A DNA stretch of 64,000 nucleotides, from positions 1 through 64,000 of the IMG/VR virus record IMGVR_UViG_3300032087_004763. One strand, written 5' to 3'. The notes under the pieces are model-generated. The model was not told the origin of the DNA. It worked only from the letters and a program-made list of their open reading frames with translations, and searched no databases. The position numbers were made by a program, and so were the translations under genes. Positions 18,822 through 29,756 of this stretch are shown piece by piece; positions within the stretch are counted from its first letter, which is position 1, and each line of letters starts with the position of its first letter. Source of the DNA: a virus.

Positions 18822-19124
18822 TTAACGCTCGTAAATGTAAGCGTCAACCTCAGAAGCATTCTCGAGACCACCGACGATGTTGCCGAAGTAGTCATAAGAG
18901 ACAGGATTGGGACTAGCGCCGAAAATCCAATGTGGCTTGGCAATCATTTTTTTGAATGGACGACGTCCACGAAGGACGAGGCGATAGCGAAGGTCTGAAC
19001 CAGCTTCTTTTTCATCAGCGTTCATACCTTTTACACGAAGGCGAAGTGACAGAATGTCACCATCGAAGTTTTTGTCAAGAGTCTTGAAAGTTCCGATGAA
19101 GCTTTCTGATACACGATTTTTCAT
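18822..19124 (-). CDS. early hypothetical protein
   Basis: GAGGAG RBS; promoter at 19152-19178. Confidence 0.7.
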   Translation of the reverse strand: MKNRVSESFIGTFKTLDKNFDGDILSLRLRVKGMNADEKEAGSDLRYRLVLRGRRPFKKMIAKPHWIFGASPNPVSYDYFGNIVGGLENASEVDAYIYER

Positions 19125-19186
19125 AATATATTCTCCTCAATTTGTAGGTCCATTATACTATAATAGAGAGATTTGTACATTATACT

Positions 19187-19378
19187 TTAGTATAACTCGT
19201 ATCTCCCGTGTTTGACAATCTTTGTAACAAAGGTCTCACGATTCTCATCAATACAAGTTTCTGTTTCCTCTGTCTCGATTATGAAGTAATCATCAGGTAG
19301 CGAGCAGCTGCACTCAGCCGGACTGAACACATACCATATGACGCCACCAATGATGAGTACTTCAAAGAACCACTTCAT
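19187..19378 (-). CDS. small membrane or exported protein
   Basis: N-terminal hydrophobic helix; ATGA overlap with the upstream gene. Confidence 0.55.
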   Translation of the reverse strand: MKWFFEVLIIGGVIWYVFSPAECSCSLPDDYFIIETEETETCIDENRETFVTKIVKHGRYELY

Positions 19379-19992
19379 AGACTATTCATAGACTCGCGAG
19401 CTTCGTCTTGAGCTTTTTGAATTACGTTCATATCAACAGGTGTTGTAGTATGATCCGCAGCCTTACGCTCTTCTTTATTAAGAATATCTAGACTCAGAAG
19501 AATAAATGCGCGAAACTTGTTACGCTCTTGATACACTGACTTGTTGATGATCTCGTATGACGATACATCGATGTCTTTGAAACCAGACTTTGATACGCGC
19601 TGAGTTTCCTCTACGGTAATACCATTACCAACAGATGAGTTGTCAGCCATATATGTTTTGATCTCAGCAGACACCTTTGTACTGATCTTATCACCTAAGA
19701 CAATCTTAGCTTGATGCATTGCTTTGTCCATCGAGAACTGAAGATCTGAAGAGAGGCCAGCGCCTGATCCGTAGATCTTTTCCTCTGTATCACGTGGAAG
19801 ATTAATATACCAATCTGGAATGTTATCAGGTAAATTATTTTTTACCTCTGGTACAGGTGGAGTATCGACAACTTCGACTACATCAGGAACTACCATAATA
19901 CCTGGATCGTCTTGTGCAACCTCTTGTGTCAACTGACAACCGCCTAAAACGGCGAGGCTGGTAATCAGCCCCGCAAACTTTAAATTATTCAT
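19375..19992 (-). CDS. lipoprotein (LPP20-like)
   Basis: Lipobox LGGC; IPDWY ... GSGAGLSSDLQFSMDKA. Confidence 0.75.
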   Translation of the reverse strand: MNNLKFAGLITSLAVLGGCQLTQEVAQDDPGIMVVPDVVEVVDTPPVPEVKNNLPDNIPDWYINLPRDTEEKIYGSGAGLSSDLQFSMDKAMHQAKIVLGDKISTKVSAEIKTYMADNSSVGNGITVEETQRVSKSGFKDIDVSSYEIINKSVYQERNKFRAFILLSLDILNKEERKAADHTTTPVDMNVIQKAQDEARESMNSL

Positions 19993-20945
19993 GCTGCCTC
20001 CGCAAATTCAACAGCAGTCTCGAGAGCATTGCGCTTACGAGTTTGATTAGTGCCAAACCAAGATGAATACAGACGATTGTCTGCGTTACGACCTTGGACA
20101 TGATCAGTGATAAAAGTCACTGAGTTATATGCCTGCCACCAAGATCCTTCTGCGAACTCTGCACCAGGCTGAGTTTCGAGAACCTCAAGGCATGCTTGCG
20201 CATTCCGTGACAACGTCTCAACAGACAATTTCTTGTCTTGTACACGCTTATCAGAAGTCCGTGGGAATACAGTGTTGTAGTACTCAATGAGTGAATCCAT
20301 CGAGAAGCGCTTACCGCCAAGATACTCTGCCATCTCACGATAGGTCTTGAGTTTCTCAGAAGCAATTCCAAGAGCTTGCTTGACTTCACCAGGATTGAAT
20401 TCAACACGGTGACCGACTTTAATCGAACGCTCAGATTCCATTCCGAGAGACAACGACAAAGTATTATTGCACACAACACGAATTGGTGTGAAGCGTACGT
20501 CAATTGACTTACCGTATTGATGGGGGTTAGAAAATAGAAGATAAGACTCGACCTCATCTCCACCGAAGAGATCAAAAGATTCTTTGACCTTTGCTAAGGC
20601 CCAAACCATTTGACCGTCACGAAGAGATCCAGCGGTGTGCATCTCCATGTTACCAGCGAGAACGTACTCACCGAAGAACTCGAATGCCTGCTCGTTCTGA
20701 ACAGGATTCCAATCTTTGCCGACGTTGGTCAATACACGACCGTCAGTAGAACGAACAAGTGCCTTCTGGCCAGTAGGAATGCGTTCGCCGTTGAAATCGA
20801 CGAAAGATTCACACTCCTGAACTGTCCAATCAACACCAGCCTTTTCCATCATCTGAACTGGAGTCAGATCGTTGGAAACCGAAACGCCAAGCCCATGCCA
20901 TGGAACTTCACCAGCGTAGGCCATTGTTTCAACTTGATGTGCCAT
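19989..20945 (-). CDS. DUF932 family phage/plasmid protein
   Basis: MAHQVETMAYAGEVPWHGLG, WNPVQN, TAGSLRDG, TPIRVVCNNTL, GSWWQAYNSVT. Confidence 0.88.
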   Translation of the reverse strand: MAHQVETMAYAGEVPWHGLGVSVSNDLTPVQMMEKAGVDWTVQECESFVDFNGERIPTGQKALVRSTDGRVLTNVGKDWNPVQNEQAFEFFGEYVLAGNMEMHTAGSLRDGQMVWALAKVKESFDLFGGDEVESYLLFSNPHQYGKSIDVRFTPIRVVCNNTLSLSLGMESERSIKVGHRVEFNPGEVKQALGIASEKLKTYREMAEYLGGKRFSMDSLIEYYNTVFPRTSDKRVQDKKLSVETLSRNAQACLEVLETQPGAEFAEGSWWQAYNSVTFITDHVQGRNADNRLYSSWFGTNQTRKRNALETAVEFAEAA

Positions 20946-21156
20946 AATATAATTCCTTTAATTTTTCAATCTAGATAAGTATTATACTCTGTTTTGAGAG
21001 TAAAGTACACACTTTTTTTCAATTAATTTGATTTTTTTCTGCCTTTTCTGCGATCTCACGGATTTCTTGCATGCAACGTTGCATGTAACCAAAGCTACCA
21101 GATAAGATCACAATCATACCTAACAAAAAAAGCTCTATTACTGTCATCGTCATACT

Positions 21157-22150
21157 CTATTCCTCTTCAATAGTGATTTTGTATTTTTGACCGTAAACAT
21201 CTTCGACTGAGATAGTTTTGGTCGTTGATAAAAGATAACCTTCCTCATGGAGGTCATACTTGATAGGACCCACGGATTTGATTGCATTCTTAAAGTCACC
21301 TTCAATCCACTGACGGATTGCGCTACGGCATATCGATGCTATACCATCACAATATTTCATTATACATTCTCCTTCAAAAACACGACGAACGCGTCGACAT
21401 AATCAATTGCAGTTGATCCGAGTTCTGGTACAAAAGCTGTGACCAGAACCCCTACAACAAATCCAATAATAAAATTCATTTTAAGCCCTCGCTAAAACTT
21501 CAGACGCATCGAAGACCGAGAAGAACCGTGGCTTTTTCTCACCAGTCTCTTCGTCTTCTTTGAACATAACAAGCTTAGCACAAGCCTTCAGACCTTTCAG
21601 TTTAGAACCAGGGATACCGAGTGACTTAACAGCCTGCTTGAAAGTTACAACAGAGTCAACGCCAGCCATCGCAAGCGTGGTTGCATTGACACCAGAATAC
21701 TCTTTTCCAGTTACATAGTTTTTCATAATTCTCTCCTCAATTCAATTTATGGTACCATTATACCATATAAGGAGAGAATGTACATACTTTTTTGGAAAGT
21801 TTTTTTGATAGGAATATCAATAACTTAGAGGATTATATTCCAGTTTTTGTCAGATCTAGAAATCCTTGACCACTTGCTACAATACATACCCAATTACGTG
21901 GCACATTCAACACGGTGAACGTCCAAGTCTGAGTGCTCGGATTCATCCATAACTGATGCATTAAATCTTCATCTAAGTGATTTACTGAATCTGATGCGAA
22001 TACGTTTGTTTCGCCATACCTTTCTTTCAATCCATTAAAAAAGTGCGTTGCCTCAAAGCACTGCATCGGAAGTGGTTGTTCTCTCATCTGAACTTCCGCA
22101 AAACTAGGAGCTGCCATCCATAACAACATGAGTATAATAAAATTTCTCAT
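21157..22150 (-). other. small early hypothetical ORFs (21157-21360, 21481-21726, 21833-22150)
   Basis: Co-oriented short ORFs with RBSs; 21833-22150 has a signal peptide. Confidence 0.6.
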
Positions 22151-22170
22151 CGTCGTATACCTTTTAGAGT

Positions 22171-22416
22171 GGCCCGTTGGATTACAAGGTGGGCCGAACC
22201 CCGTTTAGCCCTATGCGGCTAAAGCGTAAACGTCATCGTTTGCGTTTATTTTAGTTTTGGTTTTTGCGTCTTGCCTGACGATTCTCCACAAAGCCTTGAG
22301 CACCTGTCGAACCCAGGACATCCCCCCGAATACCACTCTTCCATGAATGATATTTGGTGGAGATGGAGGGAGTCGAACCCTCGTCCAGTTACCTATCTCT
22401 TTGCTTCAACGAATCC
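22171..22416 (-). ncRNA. ssrA: circularly permuted (two-piece) tmRNA
   Basis: T-arm GAGGG-TTCGACT-CCCTC and CATCTCC-A-CCA (ends 22355) precede the 5' acceptor strand GGGGATG (starts 22325, G3:U70); tag ANDDVYALAA* at 22243-22211; terminal GGCCC/GGGCC hairpin. Confidence 0.93.
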
Positions 22417-22640
22417 TATAGATCTGTTAAATGTTCTAACCATTCACCTGCTTCACCTTTTTCCGTGAACCAACGAATGATCGTCATTCCCGTTTGTATG
22501 TTATAAGCGAACATCTGGATTTGTGTTCCATATGTCGATGTCTTAATAAACCAATCATTCAACAAAGCGGGTTCGTATGACTCGAACTCACATTCATCTC
22601 GTGATGACCACGTATAATTCTCAGGGTTTTTTCCGTTCAT
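22416..22640 (-). CDS. hypothetical protein upstream of the tmRNA
   Basis: 74-aa ORF right behind the promoter at 22651-22678; probably near-leaderless. Confidence 0.55.
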   Translation of the reverse strand: MNGKNPENYTWSSRDECEFESYEPALLNDWFIKTSTYGTQIQMFAYNIQTGMTIIRWFTEKGEAGEWLEHLTDL

Positions 22641-22685
22641 AATGTTATTTATTATAACACGAAGCTAAACTTGTGTACAATTTTT

Positions 22686-22693
22686 TATAAATA
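22686..22693 (+). promoter_or_regulatory. T4-type late promoter for the plus-strand operon
   Basis: TATAAATA, then GAGGA RBS and ATG at 22713. Confidence 0.8.
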
Positions 22694-22712
22694 GTCTCAG
22701 AGAGGACAAATC

Positions 22713-23150
22713 ATGATAGCAGAATTAGCGGCAGCGAATGCAGCTTTTGATGTCATCAAGCAGACCATTCATAATGGGCAGGAGATCTATGCTGCTGGTG
22801 AAGCGCTTGCTGAATATTTTGGTATAAAACAAGAGATTCAAAAGAAGGCTCACGAGCATGGGTACAAGTCCGATCTACAAGCTTTCATGGCTGCTGAGCA
22901 ACTCAAGCAGCAAGAAGAAGAATTAAAACAAATGATGATCTATCAGGGTCGTGCAGGAATGTGGACCGACTGGCTTCAGTTCCAGTCTGATATGAAACAC
23001 TCAAGAGAAGAAGCAAAAAAAGAAGAACAACGAGCAAAGTTAAAAAGAAAACAGGCGCTAGTAGATACATTTACTGTTGGAATCGCTATAGTATCAGGGG
23101 TTGTTGCAATAGGTCTTGGCGTATGGGTTTTAGTTCAATTAATCAATTAA
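22713..23150 (+). CDS. helical protein with C-terminal TM helix
   Basis: ORF with RBS; hydrophobic C-terminus. Confidence 0.75.
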   Translation: MIAELAAANAAFDVIKQTIHNGQEIYAAGEALAEYFGIKQEIQKKAHEHGYKSDLQAFMAAEQLKQQEEELKQMMIYQGRAGMWTDWLQFQSDMKHSREEAKKEEQRAKLKRKQALVDTFTVGIAIVSGVVAIGLGVWVLVQLIN

Positions 23151-23159
23151 GGAATACAG

Positions 23160-23702
23160 ATGTTTAGAAGGTTAGTGATTGCTGCCTTTATGGCCTTTAC
23201 ATGTTCTGCCTATGCGGTAGACCCTATTGTAACTGAGTCAACGTCATCAAGCAATGTTACAACAACAGGTAAAACCGAGACTACGGTGAAGTCTCCTCCG
23301 TCATCTGCCATCTCACCGGCTATTAATTCAAGTAACTCTGACCTTTGTACTGTCGGAGTTTCTGGTGCAGTACAAACTCAGATTCTTGGTATCTCTGGTG
23401 GTTCTACTGTACGAGACATGAATTGTGAACGTCTCAAACTATCAAAGACTCTTTATGATATGGGAATGAAGGTTGCCGCAGTTTCTGTTATGTGTGGAGA
23501 TGGTCGAGTATTTCAAGCGATGGAGATGGCCGGAACGCCGTGTCCGTTTGAAGGAAAGATCGGTGCCGAAGCAAAGGAACTCTGGGATAAACATCCTGAG
23601 TTGAAACCCACTCAGATAGAGATCGAATATCGTGAGAACGAAGCACTGGAAGGGGCTGCTACTGGTTTTAGCCTCGCTGCTCTCCTTTGGCTCCTACTCT
23701 GA
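23160..23702 (+). CDS. exported Cys-containing protein with C-terminal anchor
   Basis: Signal peptide (AYA); DLCTVGVSGAVQTQILGIS, NCERLKLS, MAGTPCP. Confidence 0.78.
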   Translation: MFRRLVIAAFMAFTCSAYAVDPIVTESTSSSNVTTTGKTETTVKSPPSSAISPAINSSNSDLCTVGVSGAVQTQILGISGGSTVRDMNCERLKLSKTLYDMGMKVAAVSVMCGDGRVFQAMEMAGTPCPFEGKIGAEAKELWDKHPELKPTQIEIEYRENEALEGAATGFSLAALLWLLL

Positions 23703-25005
23703 TTCCACAAGTAATATACTAGGATCGACTTGGTCTGGTAATTACGGTTCAGGATATTGGGGAGGCAACAGCGGAGGCGAGACACCGAATCTTGGTGGGA
23801 ATACATTCTACTGGGGATACGGTGGTGGAATCATCAGCCAAACAATTGCTATCAATCAAGCGTTGGCTCAAACAGGGATTCAGGTTGAGGGATTCCAGTA
23901 TCAATGGCATATAAAAAACGGTAACGCAAATCTATATCAACAACAAGGTGGTGCAGACGACTTTGCAATTACTGTAGACGTGTATAAGGCAAATGGAGAT
24001 CTGTATCGATCATACGAGTATGACTATGGTTACTCGCATGACTGGACCTATCATACCGGAACAGAAACTTTTCCAGATCAGTTCTTAGATCCTTCTTTCT
24101 TTGGAAATTTATCGGTTGAGGCTGAGGGAAATGACGTTGGGTATTGGGCAGGACATTATGGACCCGAGTTTAATGTAGCAAACTCGTATATTACATTAAC
24201 GTACTCGGCAAACCCATGCTATAATAATGCACTCTATGATCCACAATGTGATGGATACGCAGAGGCTTATGCACAATTTCTCTATGATCAGAGTTGTGCA
24301 GCTGATGCGTTATATGACACTGGATGTCCGGGATATGCAGCTGCATATTTCAATCAACAATGTACGATGAGTGGTCTATATGATACAACTTGTCCAAACT
24401 ATGCGGAGGCTGTAGCTGAAGAATATGTCTTCACGGAAGAGGATCATCACGAAGAGGAGGTTTCAACAACATCGACGGAGACAATGCTATTCCTTGATCC
24501 GGAAGAAATTGCAGAAGTCCCAATCACAGGAGACCCCGTCATCGACTCAGTCCTCGGAGACTTGACCGAGACAATAGAGCCTGAGCCAATTGCAATTGTT
24601 GAAGTTGTCGAAGAACCAGTCGAGGAAGTAGAGACCACGGAAACTGTTGAGATTGCACAAACAGAATCCGAGGATGATCCAGAACTAGTAGATGACGAAG
24701 AGCCAGACGCTAAGCAAAATATAAAGAAGGCTGCAGTCGAGAGAGCAAAGAACCTTGCAAAGAACTTAAGTGATGCAGCTTCACTCGAACAACAGAAAGC
24801 AAGTCAAGCACAGATACTTGCCTTAATTAATTACACACCTGGATTTAACGAATATCAGAAAGTTTTAAATGGAGGATATTTACCAGACGCTCAAGGATAC
24901 GCCGAGACTCGTGTGCCAGAATCTCGGAAAGGTTTAAGAAACGGTTTGGCACAACAATTACTGCACCAAAAAATGGTTGACATGCAGTATAGGAGAGAGA
25001 AATGA
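23632..25005 (+). CDS. exported protein with three Cys repeats and an acidic linker
   Basis: Signal peptide; C-x4-LYD-x2-C-x2-YA three times; E-rich stalk. Confidence 0.78.
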   Translation: MRTKHWKGLLLVLASLLSFGSYSDSTSNILGSTWSGNYGSGYWGGNSGGETPNLGGNTFYWGYGGGIISQTIAINQALAQTGIQVEGFQYQWHIKNGNANLYQQQGGADDFAITVDVYKANGDLYRSYEYDYGYSHDWTYHTGTETFPDQFLDPSFFGNLSVEAEGNDVGYWAGHYGPEFNVANSYITLTYSANPCYNNALYDPQCDGYAEAYAQFLYDQSCAADALYDTGCPGYAAAYFNQQCTMSGLYDTTCPNYAEAVAEEYVFTEEDHHEEEVSTTSTETMLFLDPEEIAEVPITGDPVIDSVLGDLTETIEPEPIAIVEVVEEPVEEVETTETVEIAQTESEDDPELVDDEEPDAKQNIKKAAVERAKNLAKNLSDAASLEQQKASQAQILALINYTPGFNEYQKVLNGGYLPDAQGYAETRVPESRKGLRNGLAQQLLHQKMVDMQYRREK

Positions 25006-25433
25006 ACGAATATGACGCAAAGGTACTCAAAGTCGTAGACGGAGATACCGTAGATGTCGATATCGATCTTGGTTTTGGTATCGTATTAACTGATGAACGT
25101 GTACGAATTATGGGTATTGATACACCCGAGTCACGGACATCTGATAAAATTGAGAAGCTGTTTGGTCTTGCTGCAAAGGAAAGACTCAAGGAGTTACTCG
25201 GTGAAGAGACCGTTCTTATCACAAAGGATGATAAGCATGGTGAAGATATGAAGGGTAAATTTGGTCGAGTCCTTGGAGACTTCCGAGTCGGAGGCAAGAC
25301 CGTAACAGAGATATTGATTGAGGAAGGCCATGCAGTCGCATACGACGGCCAATCAAAAGATGAGATTCAAGATGCACATTTAGCAAATCGTAATCGTTTG
25401 ATTGCCGAAGGGAAAGTTTCACTGGGGGAGTAA
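25002..25433 (+). CDS. staphylococcal nuclease (SNase)-like protein
   Basis: KVVDGDTVDV, RIMGIDTPESRT, GKFGRVLG, LIEEGHAVAY. Confidence 0.88.
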   Translation: MNEYDAKVLKVVDGDTVDVDIDLGFGIVLTDERVRIMGIDTPESRTSDKIEKLFGLAAKERLKELLGEETVLITKDDKHGEDMKGKFGRVLGDFRVGGKTVTEILIEEGHAVAYDGQSKDEIQDAHLANRNRLIAEGKVSLGE

Positions 25434-25434
25434 A

Positions 25435-26016
25435 ATGGAATTCGTAGTAGATCAATTAGTAACTTGGTGGCAGTTCACTGTCGTAGGTGTCTTGATTCTG
25501 ATCGGATGGGTCGCCAATATGTTTGGTGTCGATCAGGAAGAAGAGCTAGTCGGCTTCTCATATAAAGAGATGCCACACATGCAGCCTATTAAGATTGGAA
25601 CTGCAGGCAAAGGTTTCTGGGGTGCAATCTGGATGTGGTTCATGGGTGTTCGTCAATGGGAAATAGGAAAGGACTTTGAGTACAAACTCAAAGGTGAGAC
25701 ATATGTAATCCCTGCTGGATTTCAGTTTGACGGAGCATCGGTTCCTAAGTTCCTTGCAGCATGGTTGTCACCAACAGGTGTCTTGTTGATGGGTGGACTC
25801 ATCCATGACTATGCTTATAAATATGAAACGTTGAAGAAGAAATCAGGTGGTACGATGGGTATTCTTACTCAAAAGCAAGCTGATATCATTTTCAGAGATA
25901 TTAATATTGAACAGAATGGATTTCATCTGTTGAACTACCTTGCTTACTGGGCATTGCGTATCGGTGGTTTTGTAGCTTGGAATGGACATAGGAAACGTAA
26001 CGCAAAGGTTGAGTGA
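25435..26016 (+). CDS. DUF1353 family protein with N-terminal TM helix
   Basis: IPAGFQFDGASVP, IHDYAY, ADIIF, ALRIGG; start at 25435 after GGAG. Confidence 0.8.
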   Translation: MEFVVDQLVTWWQFTVVGVLILIGWVANMFGVDQEEELVGFSYKEMPHMQPIKIGTAGKGFWGAIWMWFMGVRQWEIGKDFEYKLKGETYVIPAGFQFDGASVPKFLAAWLSPTGVLLMGGLIHDYAYKYETLKKKSGGTMGILTQKQADIIFRDINIEQNGFHLLNYLAYWALRIGGFVAWNGHRKRNAKVE

Positions 26017-26261
26017 TGACTTGGTATATACTTTTTATGATGGCTCAGGGTAATGGTGAGATTTATAGGGAATACTATCGGATGGATAATCCGTCATTTG
26101 AAAGTGAACAAGCATGTATTGAGTATGTTTCAGAACCGCAGTCTAATGCTGCGTTGAAGGATCATCTCAGAACTAAGTATCCTATTAGGCCAGTAGAAAG
26201 TGTTTGGTGTATACGAGAAGACATATGGAACAGCTTTATAAAGAACGCGAATGGTATTTGA
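26013..26261 (+). CDS. hypothetical protein
   Basis: 82-aa ORF coupled to the upstream gene; FESEQAC. Confidence 0.6.
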   Translation: MMTWYILFMMAQGNGEIYREYYRMDNPSFESEQACIEYVSEPQSNAALKDHLRTKYPIRPVESVWCIREDIWNSFIKNANGI

Positions 26262-26338
26262 TATCAATCAATCCGTGGTTTATCAGATACCATAACCCAA
26301 AAACTAACGAAACTAAATCTATAAGAAGGGAAAAGTAA

Positions 26339-26884
26339 ATGGCAGAGTTTGAGTTTGCAGGAACCACATTCCGTGGTGGCAAGATGTTCGTTGTTCTGAC
26401 TGCACTCTCAACTCTGGGTGGGGGCGCATGGGCAGGCTTCGAGGTCTATAAAGATTATATGGACATGAAAGAGATCGTGCAGAATATTGACGTCGATGCG
26501 ATTGCAGCAGAGAATGCGTTAGTCATTCAGAAGATCGAGGAGTCAATGGTTCGTATTGAAGAAGCAATTGAATACACGCGTGATATCAAATCTGGTTTGA
26601 GAGACGATATTCTTAGCATCGAAAAACAAGTGGACCGGATGGAGGATAAAGTCCGTGACACTGAAGAAGATATCCGTGAGGCTATTGTGAATGCTGAAGA
26701 ACGGTTTGAAAATAAAAGAGATGCTCTACAAATCGATTATGATGAAAAGGCAGTTCGACTTGCAGAGCGAAACGATAGTCTCAGGACCGATCTTGAGAAC
26801 AAAGTTGAGCGAGATTTAACTGATCTGGAGACTCGTCTAAATAAGCGCCTCCAGCGTGCATTGGATAATCCATTAGCGAATTAA
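26339..26884 (+). CDS. membrane-anchored coiled-coil protein
   Basis: MAEFEFAG..GGKMFVVLTALSTLGG TM segment, coiled coil, ALDNPLAN end. Confidence 0.78.
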   Translation: MAEFEFAGTTFRGGKMFVVLTALSTLGGGAWAGFEVYKDYMDMKEIVQNIDVDAIAAENALVIQKIEESMVRIEEAIEYTRDIKSGLRDDILSIEKQVDRMEDKVRDTEEDIREAIVNAEERFENKRDALQIDYDEKAVRLAERNDSLRTDLENKVERDLTDLETRLNKRLQRALDNPLAN

Positions 26885-27152
26885 CTTTCTCGTCATGAAT
26901 ATAGAGCTGGATCAAGGCATAGTGGAGGACCTTTAGCAGGTCCTTCCTTGCATCTACACTTGACCCTTTCTTACCATAACGTTGTGCATACTTCATCACA
27001 TTGCCGATGCAAAATCCTGTTCCATGACCACCGTCAATGATAAACTCTGTAGCCTGAAATTTATCCTTTGAGTAATGCTCGCCATATGTATTATCAATGT
27101 ATGACATGAACTCAGCCATCAACTCATCTTCACGATACTTATAATCAATCAT
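26781..27152 (-). CDS. DUF3310-like protein
   Basis: TYGEHY..QATEFI..GFCIGNVMKYAQRYGKKG..DLLKVLHYA. Confidence 0.75.
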   Translation of the reverse strand: MIDYKYREDELMAEFMSYIDNTYGEHYSKDKFQATEFIIDGGHGTGFCIGNVMKYAQRYGKKGSSVDARKDLLKVLHYALIQLYIHDEKVNSLMDYPMHAGGAYLDESPDQLNLAQLCSQDRS

Positions 27153-27307
27153 CTTTTTTCCTATTAAAAAAATTATGTGGATCGACTTGATCTAGCCACA
27201 TGCTCTTCAAACCTTCAACATATGCATCATACGTTTTAACCATAAACTCGTCTTGTTTATCACCTGGGATAAAAACCTCTTGGAACTCATGAGGAGTAAT
27301 ATCCATC

Positions 27308-29574
27308 TCAATCTTTATTTTCACTTTTTAAATCCTGTTCAACAATACACTGGCCAGAGAATGTATGTACTGATCCATCAGTAGGTTCAATCGACTGAAA
27401 CTTGAAACTGTAATCGTTCTCTATCACAGGCATACCCGCTAGTGTCTCGACAAAGTCAGCACAATCATCTAGTGTTTGATACTTTGTTTGTGAGACCTGT
27501 AGGGGCAGATCATTCATACTGAACATTAATAATATTGTGCCTATCACCCTTCTTTCTCCAGATCCCATTGCACCCTGTTTGGAGGTGATGGAGGACTATG
27601 CTTACGGACATTCGAGAAAACCTTCCATGTCACGAATATCATAAAGATTAGCACAATATGACCGATAATGCTATATCCAATAAACAACAGCTCAGCAGTA
27701 TAGATTCCAAATGCAACACACCAGAATGCAGCTAACACGCAACTAATCATGAACTTGTACTCAGGCGGAGCTGCCCTCAATCCATTTTTATTTGGATTCA
27801 AAATATCAAGTAGAATCATTTGTTCAACATCCTCATACATGTTAAGAATGCATTTTCATCTAGGCAATCACTCCATACAAAGTGAGTATACCAAACCACT
27901 AAACCTACGATAATGGCAGCGCCAACAGCGTAGATTCCCACAGACATATAATCTTTCATTTCCAAGTTACTCCACAAAAATATTCACCTCGAGGACACTG
28001 GCCATTATTAAAACCAATGTTACGATTCTCACCACCACCTAAAAAGGTAAGGACTCCACCGCTAGAACCTAGCACTAATACTAACCAAAATATTCCTTCC
28101 TTCATTGCTGACAATCGCTCCCAGGATATATGTAATCACCAGCCGTGGTAAATTTCAAGTCGCCCATCTTTTCTGCAGCTTCATCTTTAATCTTTTCTGG
28201 CCAAGTCTTCCATTTATATATCTGATCTTCTGGGAACCCAAAACTAGCAACCCATTTTACAGTATCAAAATCAGGATTGATCTGCAGATCAGCTCCTTTT
28301 CCCGTTACTGCTTCTTCTGGTAATGCTCGAGGGAATCCATATTTCCAACCGCCTGGCAACGGCTCAAACATTAATTCGTATTCATCCGCCATTTTCTTTC
28401 TGCCTCTTTGTCATACTCTTTACGGTCAAAGCCGATCGGAGTCACCTGTCTCATAATTACTTCATCTTCCCACGAAGCAAAGTATGGTTCTTCAGATCGA
28501 AACTGTTCTAGGATTTCATCCTTTGCAACTATCGTATAGTTTTCTACCGTTTCGCCCATGTGCCGTTGAGTAAATTCCAAGGTATCACCCGCAGATACCT
28601 GCTTCTCGACATGGTCAAGCAGATCCTTGTCTTCCACTTCATCCGGCACTTCAATACAGTACTTCATTTTAAACATTGAGACTGCATCAACCATTACATA
28701 CTTACTCATCCGATACTTCCTCCGACGGCCCATCCTATAAGAAAACTAAAGACCATTGAAACGGTATAACACCATCCAAAGATTCGAACAAACTCTTGTG
28801 ATTTCTTTCGGGCTGCAGCTCGATCATATCTCGGTAAACCAGTGCCCCTACGAGACATAGGGGGAAGCAATCCCCCATCGCCATATCTCATTCTGCTAGA
28901 AACTCAGGATCTGGTTCACGATCATTCCAGACCTGTTCGTAGAGATCTGCATTGATTGCACCGTACTTCTTGACAAACTCTTCCTTTGTCATGTTGATAG
29001 CATCTTCCTGCATATCAAAAAAGTCTTGACCCATTTTAGACATTACTAGCCTCCTTTAATTTACGTCTTTTAAGATATTCAGCATGATCCGCAGACGCAT
29101 CCAATTCATTCTGACGAATCCTCATTGCATGAAGTAGATAGTTAAGATCACCTTTGGCACCTTCGATAGTGGCTTCTTCACGAGGTGTAATTTCATCACC
29201 AAGTTCTTTCTTAATTCGTTTTAGATCCAACATCATACGATCTACAACACTGTCTAATTCTCTACGGACGTTACTCATCAAAACTCTCCTACTGTTCCGT
29301 GTTTAGCATAATAAGCAGCTGCGCTGCGCTCATATGAAGTAGAAGCACGAAGCTTCCGAATCTTCTCAAAGAAATAATCATCACGAACCGCTTCGTATAT
29401 CGCGAGATTTGCCTTGACCCAACCTTTGTTCACCCAGAACGTGTTCATCAACTCGTCCTGCTTAGCAAAGATCTCCTTTGCACCTGGGATATCGATGTTA
29501 CGCATCTTCGTCAACCTCCGGATTAGCAATCTCACCACGCAAGCCAATGAAAGCAGCCATAGCTTTACGCGCAT
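27308..29574 (-). other. run of small hypothetical ORFs (27308-27568, 27544-27840, 28102-28392, 28371-28733, 28706-28891, 29036-29281, 29278-29574)
   Basis: Tightly packed co-oriented ORFs downstream of the promoter at 29689-29715. Confidence 0.6.
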
Positions 29575-29756
29575 AATCTTTTTCTGCGTTAGTCATTTCA
29601 CCGTACATACGGTCCAGGTCCAACATCATCTTGTGAACCACTGCATCCATTTCATTTTTCATAGTGTATCTCCTCATTTCTTAAGACCATTATACCAAGT
29701 CTGAAGCAAATGTACACACTTTTTTTCACAAAAGTTTCTATAAGATTATCAAACAC

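Noticed and set aside
22355-22390. Apparent tRNA 3' half
   Set aside because: No upstream D-arm or anticodon arm; its pairing 5' strand lies downstream, so it is the tmRNA acceptor piece
22271-22468. Plus-strand 65-aa ORF containing WWRWRESNPRP
   Set aside because: This is the typical antisense translation of a T-arm/acceptor end; it is the reverse of the tmRNA
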